Numbered from the stretch's first letter, positions 39,960 through 52,270 are shown. The stretch: DNA of 64,000 nt from Candidatus Latescibacterota bacterium (GCA_965217865.1 CBDCJO010000002.1:160001-224000); one strand, 5' to 3'. The notes: generated by a model not told the origin, from the letters alone. Made by a program: numbers and translations.

Positions 39960-41929
39960 TATATTGAGTAAAGGAGGAAAAAAACAGCGTTGAGGGGCTG
40001 AATCTTCCCTTGCAAGGCAAGGTGTCTTAAGATTCGGCAAGCGCAAGCAAACTCAACCCTCAACGCTGGAGGTATACGATGAAGTCGAAAATCTTCCACC
40101 TTAAACGACAGGCCATCTCCCAGAATTTCGTCCTCGGGATCGATCCGGGCAAGGAAAAACACAGCGGGTCGGTGCTCGATCCCTCCGGACTTCAGCAAGG
40201 CGGGGCCTTCTCATTCCCCGTGACGCGAGCGGGATATGACCATACCCTCTGGCAGCATCTGGAGCGACGCATCAAAGATTGCGGGCCGGATCGGATGGTG
40301 GTGGCCATCGAGACGTCCTGCAATCTGTGGGTTACCCTGGCCCACTACCTCCAGGGGAAGGGGTATCGCGTGCTGCTGGTGAGCCCCCTCACGACGTATC
40401 ACGCAAGACCGATGATGCACCGCGATTTCTCCAAGTCGGATCCCAGGGATGCCTTTCTGGTGGCCGACAGCGCACAGAAGGGAAGCTATGATCTCTTCAG
40501 GACGTTCGAGCCTCACATGGAGGCCGCGCACCAGCTCTCAATCGCCTACGACAAGCTCCGGAAGGACCTCACAAAGTCCCTGCTCCGCACCCGGTCTCTG
40601 ATGGAACGCGTCTTCCCGGAGTTCCTCCACGCGGTCAACATTCGTACGAAGACCTCCCGCTACCTGTTGGAGCGATATTTCTTGCCCCGCCACTTCGAGG
40701 AAATTGACATCGAAGAGGAGGGCCTCCAGATCCATCGGATCTCAAGAGGCAGTTACGGGGTGGCGACGCTGCAGAAGCTGAAGGAGGAGGGCCCGGACCT
40801 CCATCGGGATCCCGGTCGAGGGCCAGGAAGATGTCCTCCGCATCATCCTGAATGGCTGGATCGAGGCGCTCCGGCGGACCGAGACGCAACTCAAAGCTGT
40901 GGAGCAGGCGATGATCGCCCGCACTCAGCAGGATCCGACTTTCCAAATCGTCGACTCGATCCCCAACATCAACAAAAACCTGGCTGCCCAATTTACCGCG
41001 GAGACGCGAGGGGCCACCCACTTCAAACAGATCGAGAAGCTCGCCGGCACGAACGTGCGCATCGCCGACTCCGGAAAGTACAAAGGCAAAAGGCGGATGA
41101 GCAAGATCGGCAATCCCCGGCTGCGGCGAATCATCTACCAGATGACCGAACAGACCGCCCGGGTCGTGCCCCAGGTCCGCCGCCGCTTCCTCGAACGCGA
41201 GCTCAGGAAGAAGTGCTACCGCAAGAATATCGTGGCCGCCTCGTCCCAGCTCCTACGGCTCATCGTAGCCCTGCTCAGAGAAAATCGTCTCTACGAGGAG
41301 AGAGACCACCCCGCGGCATCCCTCAAAACGCTCGAGAGGCGCTACATGAAGCGCTACAAGAAAAAGCAGCATCCCCGACGGCGCGCTCGCGCCGCCGCCT
41401 GACCGCTGCCGCGGTCACACTCGCTCTTTGACTTCGCTGCTCGATTCACACCCGGTGCAGTCTCCTGCCGGACCGGTTACACAAGCTGCCGCCTTCCAAG
41501 GCGGCCAGGGGCGGCCTGCAGAACTGGCTTGAGAGGAGGGCTCCGATAGGAGTCGCTTCGGCTAACAGATCCGCAGGCCTCCCCGTCTTCCTGGATCGGA
41601 TTAGAAAATGCGCGAAGACCGGCACACCTACTCACACAAACAAGAGTGCCGGCCGCGGATGTAAGTTGGTATCGGAAGACACCACCCCCCACACGGGAGC
41701 TTCGCCCCTCTTCAAAGACCGGTCCTGCACCATAAGGGCGAACTGCGCTCCGAACATAGTAAGAATGTCCACTTTACACCCCTTGACGCTGAGAAAACCG
41801 GCATAAAAAATCTCATCCAACCTCGAAATCGTCAACTTTGCTCTTGACTTTCCGCATGTAGTCTGTCCACTCCCGAAGAGGCCGTGCATAGGAAACGCAA
41901 TCAGTGGTTTTAGAATCGGTCAACCTTTA
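39960..41929 (+). mobile_element. IS110/IS1111-family element; transposase 40079..41402 frameshifted near 40790
   Basis: LGIDPGK, AIETS, KSDPRDA (DEDD) and SGKYKGKRRMSKIGN; TA at both junctions; ~525-nt 3' non-coding end. Confidence 0.85.
41585..41652 (+). ncRNA. candidate target-guide module of an IS110/IS1111 seek/bridge RNA
   Basis: Stems GTCTTC/GAAGAC and CGGCAC/GTGCCG; their loops contain TTAGAAA and ACTCAC, matching the two flanks of the insertion site. Confidence 0.5.
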
Positions 41930-42016
41930 ACTCACGGCCTTTTCGGTCGAGCGAAGCGAGCCGGGAGTGGGCTGTTAGGCGAAGTGCCGGCCCGGGGTGG
42001 GGTGGGCTTGGCAGTA

Positions 42017-42338
42017 TGGACTTGACCCGGTTTGGTGGATACCTTATTACTTGGCAGAAAGGAGGATGCCACGATGCCGAGGCCACATCCGCCGTATCCG
42101 CCGGAGTTCAAGCGGCAGATGTTAGAGTTAGTGCGAGCGGGTCGCACGCCTCATGAGTTGTCCCGTGAGTTCGAGCCGTCCGCCCAGGCGATCCGGAACT
42201 GGATGTGGCAGGCCGATCTGGATGCGGGCCGCCGCAGTGATGGTCTGACCACCGAAGAGCGGGAGGAGATCAGACGCCTACGCCGCGAGAATAGGCAGTT
42301 GCGACAGGAGCGGGAGATCCTTGCAAAAACCGCGGCCT
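42017..42338 (+). mobile_element. IS3-family left end plus orfA, truncated
   Basis: TGGACTTGACCCGGTTT end as at 48263; MPRPHPPYPPEFKRQ. Confidence 0.85.
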
Positions 42339-42706
42339 GATGGAAGGTATGAAGCAAAGTATGATCTGGATGAAGATGGCATGATTGGGTTTGGGGATTT
42401 TCTGATCTTTGCCGGCGACTTCGGCAAGGAGATGTCATAACTTGCCCCGCCGGTGATTAGATACATCTGAATCACTACCGGCTAAAGCCGGCAGGTTTCT
42501 AAACTCAGCCGGGAAACTGTCTCACTATTATAGACACGGAGGGAAGCCTCGTTGGGGAACAGCCATCTCGTCCAGCTAAGTCCCATAACGCATATAACTG
42601 ACTTTTTTATATTGACTTATCACGATGCATAAGGATCTGTCCTGTCCCATACCGATCCGCTTAGACCCCTTGCATCCGCTAATCTGTGGTGGATATATTG
42701 GTAGGT

Positions 42707-43884
42707 ATGGCACTCCCCAAGCGACCCCCGCAACGCAAGCCGCGCAGACGGCATCCCAACAACGCCCTGACACCTGCCTTTGTGCGCAACGTGAGCCAGG
42801 CCGGACGCTATTGTGACGGCCAGGGCCTCTATCTCGATGTGCGGCTCTCGGGCAGCCGGGGCTGGATCCAGCGCCTCACGATCCGCGGCCGCCGAACCGA
42901 GCTCGGGCTCGGCGGATTCCCCCTAGTCTCGCTGAAGGAAGCCCGAGAGAAGGCGTTCGCCAACCGGAAGCTCGCCCGTGAGGGAGGCGATCCCCTGTCG
43001 GAGAAGCGGCGGGTCGAGTCGACGCCCACCTTCGCGGACGCGACCCGGCAGGTCTGGAAGCAGCTGCGGCCGGGCTGGCGCTCCCCCCAGCATGCGCAGC
43101 TCTGGCTGAGCAGCCTGGAGCGCTACGCTGTTCCTCGCATCGGGAAGATGCCGATTTCGGAGGTGACCAGTGCCGACGTGATCGGGATCCTCGCTCCGAT
43201 CTGGCACGACATGCCGCCCACGGCCCGGAAGTTGCGCCAGCGCATCCGCGCGGTCATGGAGTGGGCGGTGGCGATGGGTCTCAGGCCCGACAACCCGTGC
43301 GACCGGATCGGCCCGGTGCTCGGTTCGCAGGGGGGCGTCGTTCGACACATGCGGGCGTTGCCGCGCGGCCGGTCGTGAAGCTGGCATTCGAGTTCCTGGT
43401 GCTGACGGCGACACGCTCCGGCGAGGTGCGTGGGGCGCTCTGGACGGAGATCGACCGGGGCGAGGGTGCGTGGATCATCCCGGCCCGACGCACGAAGGCG
43501 GCGCGCGAGCACCGGGTCCCGCTGTGCCGGCGTGCGCTGGAGATCCTCGAGGAGGCGCGGGCGCTCGATCACGGCAGCCCGCTCGTGTTTCCAGGCCTGC
43601 GCAGAAACCCCATTGCGACCACAGCGCTATCGGAACTGCTCAGGGAGTTAAAGATCGCGGCTGTGCCGCACGGGTTCCGGTCGAGTTTCCGGGACTGGGC
43701 GGCCGAAGATACGGATCATCCCCGCGAGGTCGTGGAGGCGGCGCTGGCGCATGTCGTCCAGAACAAGGTCGAGGCCGCCTATCGGCGCACGGACCTGTTC
43801 GACCGGCGGCGCCGACTCATGGACGACTGGGCTGCGTACCTGGCGGGCGAGAGTCGAGACGGGGAGGGTGGACCGACCCGTTGA
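42707..43884 (+). pseudogene. P4-like tyrosine integrase with internal deletion/frameshift
   Basis: GRYCDGQGLYL..LGGFPLVSLKEAR arm domain; TATRSGE, HGFRSSFRDW, LAH, AY; break at ~43370. Confidence 0.88.
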
Positions 43885-44278
43885 TCCACCGCGATAGTCA
43901 CCGGCGCCCGACAGCCATACCGGAGCAAAGATGAACTTTCTCATTCGGCTACTTCATGCGGTTAGATCAGCTTGGTTCTTGGATACCGCCCAGGCGAACC
44001 GTCACGATTGCTCCCACCGCGACGCCCGTATCGAACTCGATCAGCCGACTCAAGGGTGTGTGACCCTCTGTGGCCCGGGTTCTCTCGGGAAATCCGCGAC
44101 AATCAAAGGCGTGACGACTGATCGGATGCGCAGAATCGCCACAGCCAAATCTGAGATTCGGGACAAATACTGTGGGAAACCAGAACTGTATGGGACGACG
44201 TGCTTGTTGCACTGACGCCCGGCCGGGAAGACACAACCTGTGGACTGGAACCATTCTTTAGTAGGAGGCGAAGGAACG

Positions 44279-45413
44279 ATGACAACGGAGACCGAGAACG
44301 GCGAAGAAGCCGGCAAACCGCAAACGAGCGGGCGCGTGAAGATTGAGTGGAACTGGGACCTTGACGATGAATGGCTAGAGATGAAGAGCATCGGGTCGGG
44401 GGATCAAAAGTATGTACTCGGAGAGGAAGGCCGCTCCAGGCTGAAAGGACGATGCAGACGCTGTTGGGGCGGACTCATCGGCAAGAGAGATGCCGGAGAC
44501 GAGCTCATGGCCATTCGGTGTCGCGTTTGCGACCTTCTGCTCGAAGGCGATGAGGCCAGGGAAGAGTATGAACGGATGTCGAAGGAGGGCGGATTGAACA
44601 CATTCGGCATGGTCCTTGGCATGCGGCCGAAGTATCGCGATGACGCGACGTTCGTTCAGAAGACCTTTCCATATATGGACCGACTATCCGCGGAGGAATT
44701 CAGTCAACGCGTCAGAGACGAAGAGCAAAAAGGACCCGAGAGGAATTGGCTAACCCGCAGTTCGTTTCCCGACGGATCCGCGGGATTCCTGGTCCTTGCA
44801 GGCGCGAGCGCTGATGTCCGGGGTCGAGCGACTCCCCAGAGAGTTGTCTGTGGTGCGTTTCTGGGACGTCGATACGCATGACGACAGCTCAGCAACGGTG
44901 CATATCCCCACGGAACAGCTGAGCGAGCATTCCAAGACTAGCGAAAAAGAACTGATGAAGAGGCTCGGTTCGATCATGACCATCGCCTTGATGTCCGCGT
45001 TCGCATGCGAGTTGGCGATGAAGGCGATATGTTTGACCCGCAGGTACAAAGCTCGGAAGAGCCATGACCTGTGGCAGCTGTACAGACACCTCCCGGAGGA
45101 CAGCAGGACGCGGATCGAAGAGGATTTTCCGGAAGTCGGTTCGGTGATGGAGGATGCACGCCACACCTTCGGCGAGTGGCGATACTTCGAGGTGGATGTC
45201 GGCGGTCACGGCATCAGCGCGATGATCGACACGGACCGGGCATTCTCTCTGGCAAAGGCGGCGCGTGTGCTTCTCGACGAGGCCGAGTTGATGGGGCTCG
45301 GATACTCGGTTCATATTGATGCGACGCAACGAATCGCCGAAACCGGCGACGGGCGACACATGCATGTGAGGCACAAACTGCACACTACGGCCAAAGAGGC
45401 CCCGCCACGGTGA
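44279..45413 (+). pseudogene. Zn-ribbon + HEPN-like protein, one frameshift near 44795
   Basis: CRRC...CRVC; SAFACELAMKA...KSHDLWQLY...FGEWRY. Confidence 0.6.
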
Positions 45414-46109
45414 TGCACAGTGCGAGTAGTCTAGCCCGCCGTCGCAACTACGGTCAGCGGGACATCCCCGTCGAGTCCGACTAAGCCCAGTACTATTGCC
45501 GCTAAGAACCTCAGCCAACGATTGCACACTGCACGGAATAATTGGGGGATTATACGGTTAGCTTGATAGCGTCCCGCTCGTTCCTCATCGGGGAGGCTAT
45601 TGGGGATGCACGACCAACTCAAGCCACTCGATTCCGCCACAAACAGGACAACTGATCTCCATGCCGGACCCTGTGGCGATGGCTTCGCATTTGATGCAGA
45701 AGAACGAGCCCTTATGCTCGCCGGACTCGTGAGACCCACCGAGCTTCTTATGATGGCGGATCCCGAACGTGATTCGCTCAAGCTCATCCATAAAGTCGCG
45801 TTGGAAGTCAGACAGGTCGGCACCCCAACGCTTTCGCAACTCTGCGACGTCTGCGGACAAGTCATCACGTAGGGCGGTGCGTTCGTGACTGGGGAGACGC
45901 TCAACTGCATCCCAAAGGACGCGTCGGGTGGCAACAAGAACGCCGCCTAGATTTCCCAAGATGACACCAGATGAGGTCGAGAGCTTGATCGCGATAAGTA
46001 ATCGACAGCGTCGTAGATTGCTGGAGTATGTACGGGGACCCGAGGCATGAGCCCACTTTAGCCCGGCTTGACGCTTGCGACAATTCCTCAACCTTGGTAA
46101 GCTCCAGCC

Positions 46110-46434
46110 GGTCTAACCGGGGAGTCCCAAGACTCTCTATAATTTCAGTCATTACTTCAAACCCATTTCCCGCGCTGATTTCTATCTTGACACCTTGCGG
46201 CACGGGACCCAGATCAGAGATTTCTTCCTGTAGCATCCGGTGATTGTCTTCATCGATTTCAATGAAGTAAAACCACACTTCACAGGTCCGAAGTATCCTG
46301 GAACTATAATCGTGGTTGAGAAAAGTTGATAACGCTACAATTGGAGAACCGGCTTCGCCCGTTTCATGACGCCCTCGTCCGGCATGGGTGTCGAGGTAGA
46401 CAATCCGCCCAGACCAAAGTGTCAGGATTGCCAT
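46110..46434 (-). pseudogene. three-Cys-motif partner (TcmP-like) fragment
   Basis: IVYLDTHAGRG...GSPIVAL...FYFIEID. Confidence 0.6.
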
Positions 46435-46518
46435 TCGAGTTTGGTACTCCGAACTGGGTCGAGAGACTCAAAAAAACCCAATACCTGATGGGTACAGGAG
46501 CTGATGAGAACTGGTCGG

Positions 46519-46682
46519 CCGGCCTTCGTTGAGCGCCGCAGAGAGTCAGGGCGGTTGCAAGTAGCTCACTTGTGTCGCCGGGGTATGCGCCCCGGCCTTC
46601 GTTGAGCGGAGGAGGCTGCCGGAGATGGAGTTAACGTCACCGCGTGTGTCGCCGGGGTATGCGCCCCGGCCTTCGTTGAGCG
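46519..46682 (+). CRISPR. orphan mini CRISPR array (2 full + 1 partial repeat, 2 spacers)
   Basis: 37-bp repeat GTGTCGCCGGGGTATGCGCCCCGGCCTTCGTTGAGCG at 46572 and 46646, 3' half at 46519; spacers 36 and 37 bp. Confidence 0.8.
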
Positions 46683-47154
46683 GTTACGAGTTCAGATCAT
46701 GATCCCGGCTGTCTGGAGAATGATCCACAGCCACGAAGACCCCACCGTAACCTGACCTTCTTTGGAATTGTTTAATGCGATACCAGCTACAATCAGCAAA
46801 ATGAAAGACAATGCCAATATGAGCGCTACGCGCTTACGACTTTTGAAGCCAATCGCCTTGATCGGATAGACAATGTTGACGACGGAAACGATTCCACCGG
46901 CAAGAGCTATCAGTACGAGTATCACCGCCAGTGATTGCATCGTTACGTATTTCCGATCTGCGTCACAGCCTCATTTCAGACCGTTTGCCGTAGCAAACGC
47001 CTTCGTCGTCGTCTCTAGTCGTCTCGCCTTGAGGATGTGCTTCGTGCTAGGGCCCATCGCTCGACTTACCGCTCACGAAGACCATTTATGTTATGTGGTC
47101 CCGGACCCTATTAATATCCTTCTTTCCCGTAGTCCGCCAGCATCGCCACTGCAC

Positions 47155-48045
47155 CGCCGTGTGGTTCCAGCACCGCTGCTGCCGGGTCTGTGGCCAGACC
47201 TGATTGACCGCGGACCAGATGCCCATATTGCCGTCGGCGACGACGAGAACAGGGTGGCTCAGGCCACGATCACGTAAGCCTCTGAGGACCTCCAGCCAGG
47301 ATTCGGTAGACTCCCTGTAGCCGGGCACCAGGGCGAGAACCTCTTTGCGGCCGTCGCTCGTGGCCCCGATGACGACCAGCAGGCACGCCTTATCCTTCTC
47401 GAGCCCGGCCTTGACGTAGATGCCGTCTGCCCAGGCGTAGACCAACTCGCGATCATCCAGGCGTCGTTCCTGCCAGGTTTGGTAGTCGGTTTCCCATTGG
47501 CCGCGGAGTCGGGCAATCGACGATGAAGACAACGGCGCCCCATCTCCGAGCAGACCCCGCAGGGCCAGCTCGAAGTCGCCTTGAGCCAGACCGTGCAGAT
47601 AAAGTTCTGGGAGCAGTTCTCCCACCTCTTTTGTGCGACGCGCGAACAAGGGCAGGATCCGGCTCTCGAAGCGCTCCTTCAATCCACGAACACGGGGCCG
47701 CTTGATCTTTATCGTGCCACAAGAGGTCGACAATCGGCGCAGCTTCCCGTAGCCGTTGCGATAACCGGGGGCCGCATCGACAGTTCCTTTACGCTCATAC
47801 CACCCCCGTCCCAGGAACTGGGTCACTTCTTCCTCGGCAATGGACTGGATGCGAACCTCGATCTCATCTCGAATCCACCCTTCCAGGGTCTCCCAGGTAG
47901 GGATGGACAAACACGGTGTGTCTGACGTATGTTTCTTCACGGCGATCCTCCTTCCCACCGGGCCAATCACCCGGCATCTTGTGGATATTTCTATCTCACC
48001 GGAAGTTTAGGGTCGCCTTCTCTCTTTTTCCACACCTTTCGAATG
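47155..48045 (-). mobile_element. IS256-family element, 3'-truncated
   Basis: GYRNGYG, YAWADGIY, ESTESW, VVADG, QRCWNH. Confidence 0.85.
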
Positions 48046-48049
48046 TAGC

Positions 48050-49745
48050 TCATCCCTTTTGTGGTTGCGCGACAACCTGCGTTTCCGCCGAAAAACTTAA
48101 ACGACAGTGGATAGGCATTGACGTATCACAAAAGGCTTATGACCTGGTTATAGAGCGGCTCAACAGGGAGGTTCCGCCAGATCTGTTCAAAGGTGTTCCT
48201 GTCTTCAGGGCCGATATACCCACACGAACAGATATACAACACAAGAAAGCGCCTACGTTAGATGGACTTGACCCGGTTTCGTGGATACCTTATTACTTGG
48301 CAGAAAGGAGGATGCTACGATGCCGAGGTCACATTCGCCGTATCCACCGGAGTTCAAGCGGCAGATTGTAGAACTGGTGCGAGCGGGTCGCACGCCCCAT
48401 GAGTTGTCCCGTGAGTTCGAGCCGTCGGCCCAGGCGATCCGGATCTGGATGCGGCAGGCCGATCTGGATGAGGGCCTCCGCAGTGACGGTCTGATCACCG
48501 AGGAGCGGGAGGAGATCAGACGACTGCGCCGCGAGAATAGGCAGTTGCGACAGGAGCGGGAGATCCTTGCAAAAGCCGCGGCCTGGTTCGCTCGGGAGAC
48601 CAACTCGGTGCCAGGGGAGTCTACGAGTTCGTGAAAGCCAATCAGGCCTTCTATAAAGTAGCCACGATGTGCCGGGTCCTGGAAGTCTCCACCAGTGGGT
48701 ACTACGCGTGGCTCAAGCGGCCGCTGTCGGCACGAGCGCAGGCCGATGTGGCTCTGACGGAACGGATCGTGAAGATTCACAAGTGTTCTGATGGCACCTA
48801 CGGTGTCCCGCGCATATACGAGGAGCTTGTAGCCGAGGGGGAGCGGATCGGTCGCAAGCGCGTTGCGCGGTTGATGCGTGCTGCAGGCCTGGAGGGCGTA
48901 AGTCGTCGCAAGCGGCATCGAACCACCTACCGTGATCGCGATGGGCGCGTCGCTGCTGACCTGGTCAATCGAGATTTCACGGCTAACGGGCCAGACCAGC
49001 TCTGGGTAGCCGACATCACTTACATCAGTACGTGGGCCGGCTTCCTGTATCTCGCGGTCGTTGTGGACGCCTGGAGCCGCCGCGTCGTTGGCTGGGCGAT
49101 GGCGACCCATCTGCGCGCCGAGCTGGTGCTCGAGGCGTTGAATATGGCGCTCTGGCAACGACAGCCGGAAGCCGTCATCCATCACTCCGACCAGGGATGT
49201 CAGTACACCTCCATTGCCTTCGGTCTACGGTGCCGCAAGGCCGGTGTCCGGCCCTCTATGGGCTCCACCGGTGACTGCTACGACAACGCGTTATGCGAGA
49301 GCTTCTTCGCCACGCTCGAATGCGAACGCCTGGATCGCCGAAACTACCGCACACAGGCCGAAGCTCGGATGTCCGTATTTCAATACATCGAGGGCTGGTA
49401 CAACTCCCATCGGCGACACTCAGCACTCGGATATCTCTCTCCCATGAACTTTGAGCAGACCTCCAGCGCTGTTGCCCATGAAGCCGAATGAATCGCAACT
49501 GATAAACCGTCCGCTAAACCGGGGTAACTCCAAGAGAGGACAAAAAGCATCTCTATGGAAGCCAAAGCGGAAATTGTGCAGGATGCAAACAACATTTCCC
49601 TGATATTCGAAACTTCGAAATTGACCACTACATACCTAAATCGAAAGGGGGAAGCCACGAATGGGACAACCTTCAACTCCTTTGCGGACACTGTAACCGC
49701 ACAAAAGGCGATCGCCCTATGGAATACCTGCGCGCGCTGATCAGT
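48050..49745 (+). pseudogene. C-terminal part of a DNA methyltransferase-HNH fusion, interrupted by IS3
   Basis: PFCGCATTCVSAEKLKRQWIGID before the IS; manual translation after it gives CAGC...EIDHYIPKSKGG...NLQLLCGHCNRTKG. Confidence 0.75.
48263..49532 (+). mobile_element. complete IS3-family element (orfA 48320..48634, orfB ~48631..49491)
   Basis: TG...CA ends with imperfect TIRs; 3-bp AGA duplication; WVADITY, HHSDQG, DNALCESFF. Confidence 0.93.
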
Positions 49746-49747
49746 CT

Positions 49748-50389
49748 CTATACAGCATCTGGCGGCAGCATGACGATCGTCGATGTCCCCAGCCGTGCGT
49801 TACCCCAATCGCAAGGTTCGAAGGTGTATGTCTCTTCCGGCTCTCCGATGGCCTGAACCGTGAGCATGAACCTTTTGAACTTGTCTACTCTCAAGCCTTC
49901 CTTACGCTGAAAGTACACCCAGCCTTTTATCCCTTTCCTGGCGGCAAGAACGATGCCGTCAACCTGTTCGATGTAACCGACGAAAGGATCCGGATGAAAC
50001 GCGAGGAACCTGCAACTCAGGCTTTCCAGGTCGGTCTCAGCTTCCAGTTCCAGCTTACTAAGCCTGGCCTCGACGTCAAGTCCGTTCTCGATTCTGACGT
50101 AGACTTCAACCCTTAGGCCATCCGGGCCGGAATAGCTGATCTGGCTCTGCTCTGGGTCTATCGTGGTTGGGATACGGGATACTGGAGGTTCGACTCGCTC
50201 ACTTTGCAGGGGAGGAACTTTGGTTTCAGTTGTGGTAGGGATCTTACAGCGATTTCTTTTCTTCCGATACTCGGACTGTGCAATATATCCGATCCAAACC
50301 AGCCCAATAGCTGGCATGATGAACTCATTCCAATCCCAAATGAAGTTGACAACTGGTTGCCAAGCACCTAAGAAGTCCAAGTCCCCCAA
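49748..50389 (-). CDS. hypothetical protein with N-terminal TM segment
   Basis: 213-aa ORF; hydrophobic segment followed by a basic patch. Confidence 0.55.
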   Translation of the reverse strand: MGDLDFLGAWQPVVNFIWDWNEFIMPAIGLVWIGYIAQSEYRKKRNRCKIPTTTETKVPPLQSERVEPPVSRIPTTIDPEQSQISYSGPDGLRVEVYVRIENGLDVEARLSKLELEAETDLESLSCRFLAFHPDPFVGYIEQVDGIVLAARKGIKGWVYFQRKEGLRVDKFKRFMLTVQAIGEPEETYTFEPCDWGNARLGTSTIVMLPPDAV

Positions 50390-50544
50390 TCTTTATGCCC
50401 TTCCAAGTCCAATGAATTATTTTCTGGAAAAAAGAAAGGGGCCAGAGTAGAAACGGGATCGAAAACAAGAACTTTCGCATCCCATCAATTTGGTCTCTCC
50501 TCCTTGTCGACGCCCATGAGCTGTAGGGCAGCAAGGATGGCGTT

Positions 50545-50745
50545 ATCACTCGTGGACCGGTCCTCTATCGGAGTGCGCACACTCGGAAAAACACAACGCC
50601 CCTGCCCGGTCAGAGGGTGCAGTTCGCTCAGGGATCTCTACCGATTGGCGAGAGAGGGGAACCAGATGCGGGGTGTCGGTCTTGGTGACGGTGTAACGCC
50701 ACTCGTCCACCTTTAAGTCGATATCCGACCATTCGGCCTTGCACA
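50545..50745 (-). pseudogene. tyrosine integrase internal fragment fused to an IS3 orfA scrap
   Basis: ELCKAEWSDIDL..W....TKTDTPHLVPLSRQ. Confidence 0.65.
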
Positions 50746-51334
50746 ACTCCTGGGGTGCGCGACCCACAGCAAACTCTACCATCTGCCGCTTGAACTCCGG
50801 CGGATACGGGCTAGTTCGTGTCCCAGAAGTTCCTTCCACACACAGCACCCCGAACGCTTCGTAAACGGCCCGCCTCGGCTTACCGCAATACCGACCGAAG
50901 TGTGGATCAACCAACCTCAGAACACCGTTGAATGCGAACGTATTCGTCAGTAACTTTCACGCGAGGCGTCTCATTCACCTTGATACGTTCCGCAGATGGA
51001 GGAAGTAGAAATCCGGTCAGAGTGCGCGGGATATCCCGTTGTGGCTTATGATGTCTATTTAGGCGAGTCTGCGGGAAAGAGTAGAGGATTATCAGCGAGG
51101 AAGGCCGTAACGAGAATGGTAGCGAGGTCACAATGACCGCTGGTAGTTCCACGCGTCCGCGCACTTTTCGCCTTCGACGATCAGCACCGTCCGTCCGTCG
51201 CCGGTCAGCGTCTCGACGCGGTACGGAAAGCGATGTCCGGGCATGCGATGCGCCCACGCCTCGCCTTGGCGTCGGCAGGGATCGGCCGGGGTAGACCGGC
51301 AGGGCAACGACAGGTTCGCGCGTAATCGTTCCCC

Positions 51335-51430
51335 GTCATGCCCCTCTACGTGGCCGAAGCCTGCTACAAATACAACAACCGGAAGAACACAGACGTGTTC
51401 GGGGCGTTCCTCAAGGGGTGCTTCGCGTAA
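51335..51430 (+). mobile_element. IS1595 C-terminal scrap
   Basis: MPLYVAEACYKYNNRK...FLKGCFA, matching 12545. Confidence 0.75.
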
Positions 51431-51833
51431 TCGTGGCAAATCTCGTCAATTCGGCATTAGGAAGTTCTTTTATCAACAGCTTGGTTCCTGATATTCTGAT
51501 ATTGAAATTATGATAGTCTCCCTTCTCGGATAGGGGAAGACGGCATTTGTTCTTGACAAATTGACTTATAGAACCAGAAAATATATTGATGGCGGTACTG
51601 TCCATGCAAGCTAAGACGATCATCCCTCCTTCGATCTGTTCGGTATCCATCATACTTTTCGGGATGGCATACCATGATGTAGATCCACCTAATATACACC
51701 AGTCCTTTCCAGACTTATCCTGTCTCCATATGTCACGCCCCTCAACTTTGCCACCAAGTTTGACACCAAAGTATTTTTCAACTTCGCAAATGACGACCCT
51801 TCGCTCATGCTTGCCAAACTGTTCAGTTGCCAT
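51411..51833 (-). CDS. AT-rich hypothetical protein
   Basis: ORF from MATEQFGK; convergent with the IS1595 scrap. Confidence 0.55.
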   Translation of the reverse strand: MATEQFGKHERRVVICEVEKYFGVKLGGKVEGRDIWRQDKSGKDWCILGGSTSWYAIPKSMMDTEQIEGGMIVLACMDSTAINIFSGSISQFVKNKCRLPLSEKGDYHNFNIRISGTKLLIKELPNAELTRFATITRSTP

Positions 51834-51971
51834 GCCACCATCCCCCCTTTTGTCTCCCGTATATTTATGCACTGCCCAAACTGGCACTGATCTTGCGTGT
51901 TCGTATTCGTGGTGTCTATGCGGTCATTCAGCTTGACATCCAGTTCGTCAATACGACCATTCAACTAGTCC

Positions 51972-52270
51972 TGGAGTTACCCCGGTTTAGCGGACGGTTT
52001 TATCAGTTGCGATTCAGTCGGCTGCAAGGGCGACATCGCTGGAGGTGTTCTCGAAGTTCATTGGAGAGAGATATCCGAGTGCTGAGTGTCGCCGATGGAG
52101 GTTGTACCAGCCCTCGATGTATTGAAATACGGACATCCGGGCTTCGGCCTGTGTGCGGTAGTTTCGGCGATCCAGGCGTTCGCATTCAAGCGTGGCGAAG
52201 AAGCTCTCGCATAACGCGTTGTCGTAGCAATCACCGATGGAACCCATAGAGGGCCGGACACCGGCCTTGC
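51972..52270 (-). mobile_element. IS3-family right-end fragment (same element type as 48263)
   Basis: TGGAGTTACCCCGGTTTAGCGGACGG end; DCYDNALCESFF. Confidence 0.85.

Larger units (their letters stand above)
39947..41980 (-). other. attC site split by an IS110-family insertion (halves 39947..39961 and 41928..41980)
   Basis: Rejoined minus strand GCCTAAC-AGCCCACTCCCGGCTCGCTTCGCTCGACCGAAAAGGCCGTGAGT-TA-GAAATC-GTTAGGC, with perfectly complementary R''/R'. Confidence 0.7.

Noticed and set aside
42474-42505. ACTACCGGCTAAAGCCGGCAGGT hairpin suggesting an IS605/TnpB element
   Set aside because: Isolated hairpin with no tnpA/tnpB sequence nearby.
42707-43884. Integron integrase for the attC sites
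   Set aside because: It has a P4-type arm-binding domain, no recognisable IntI-specific insertion, and is broken.
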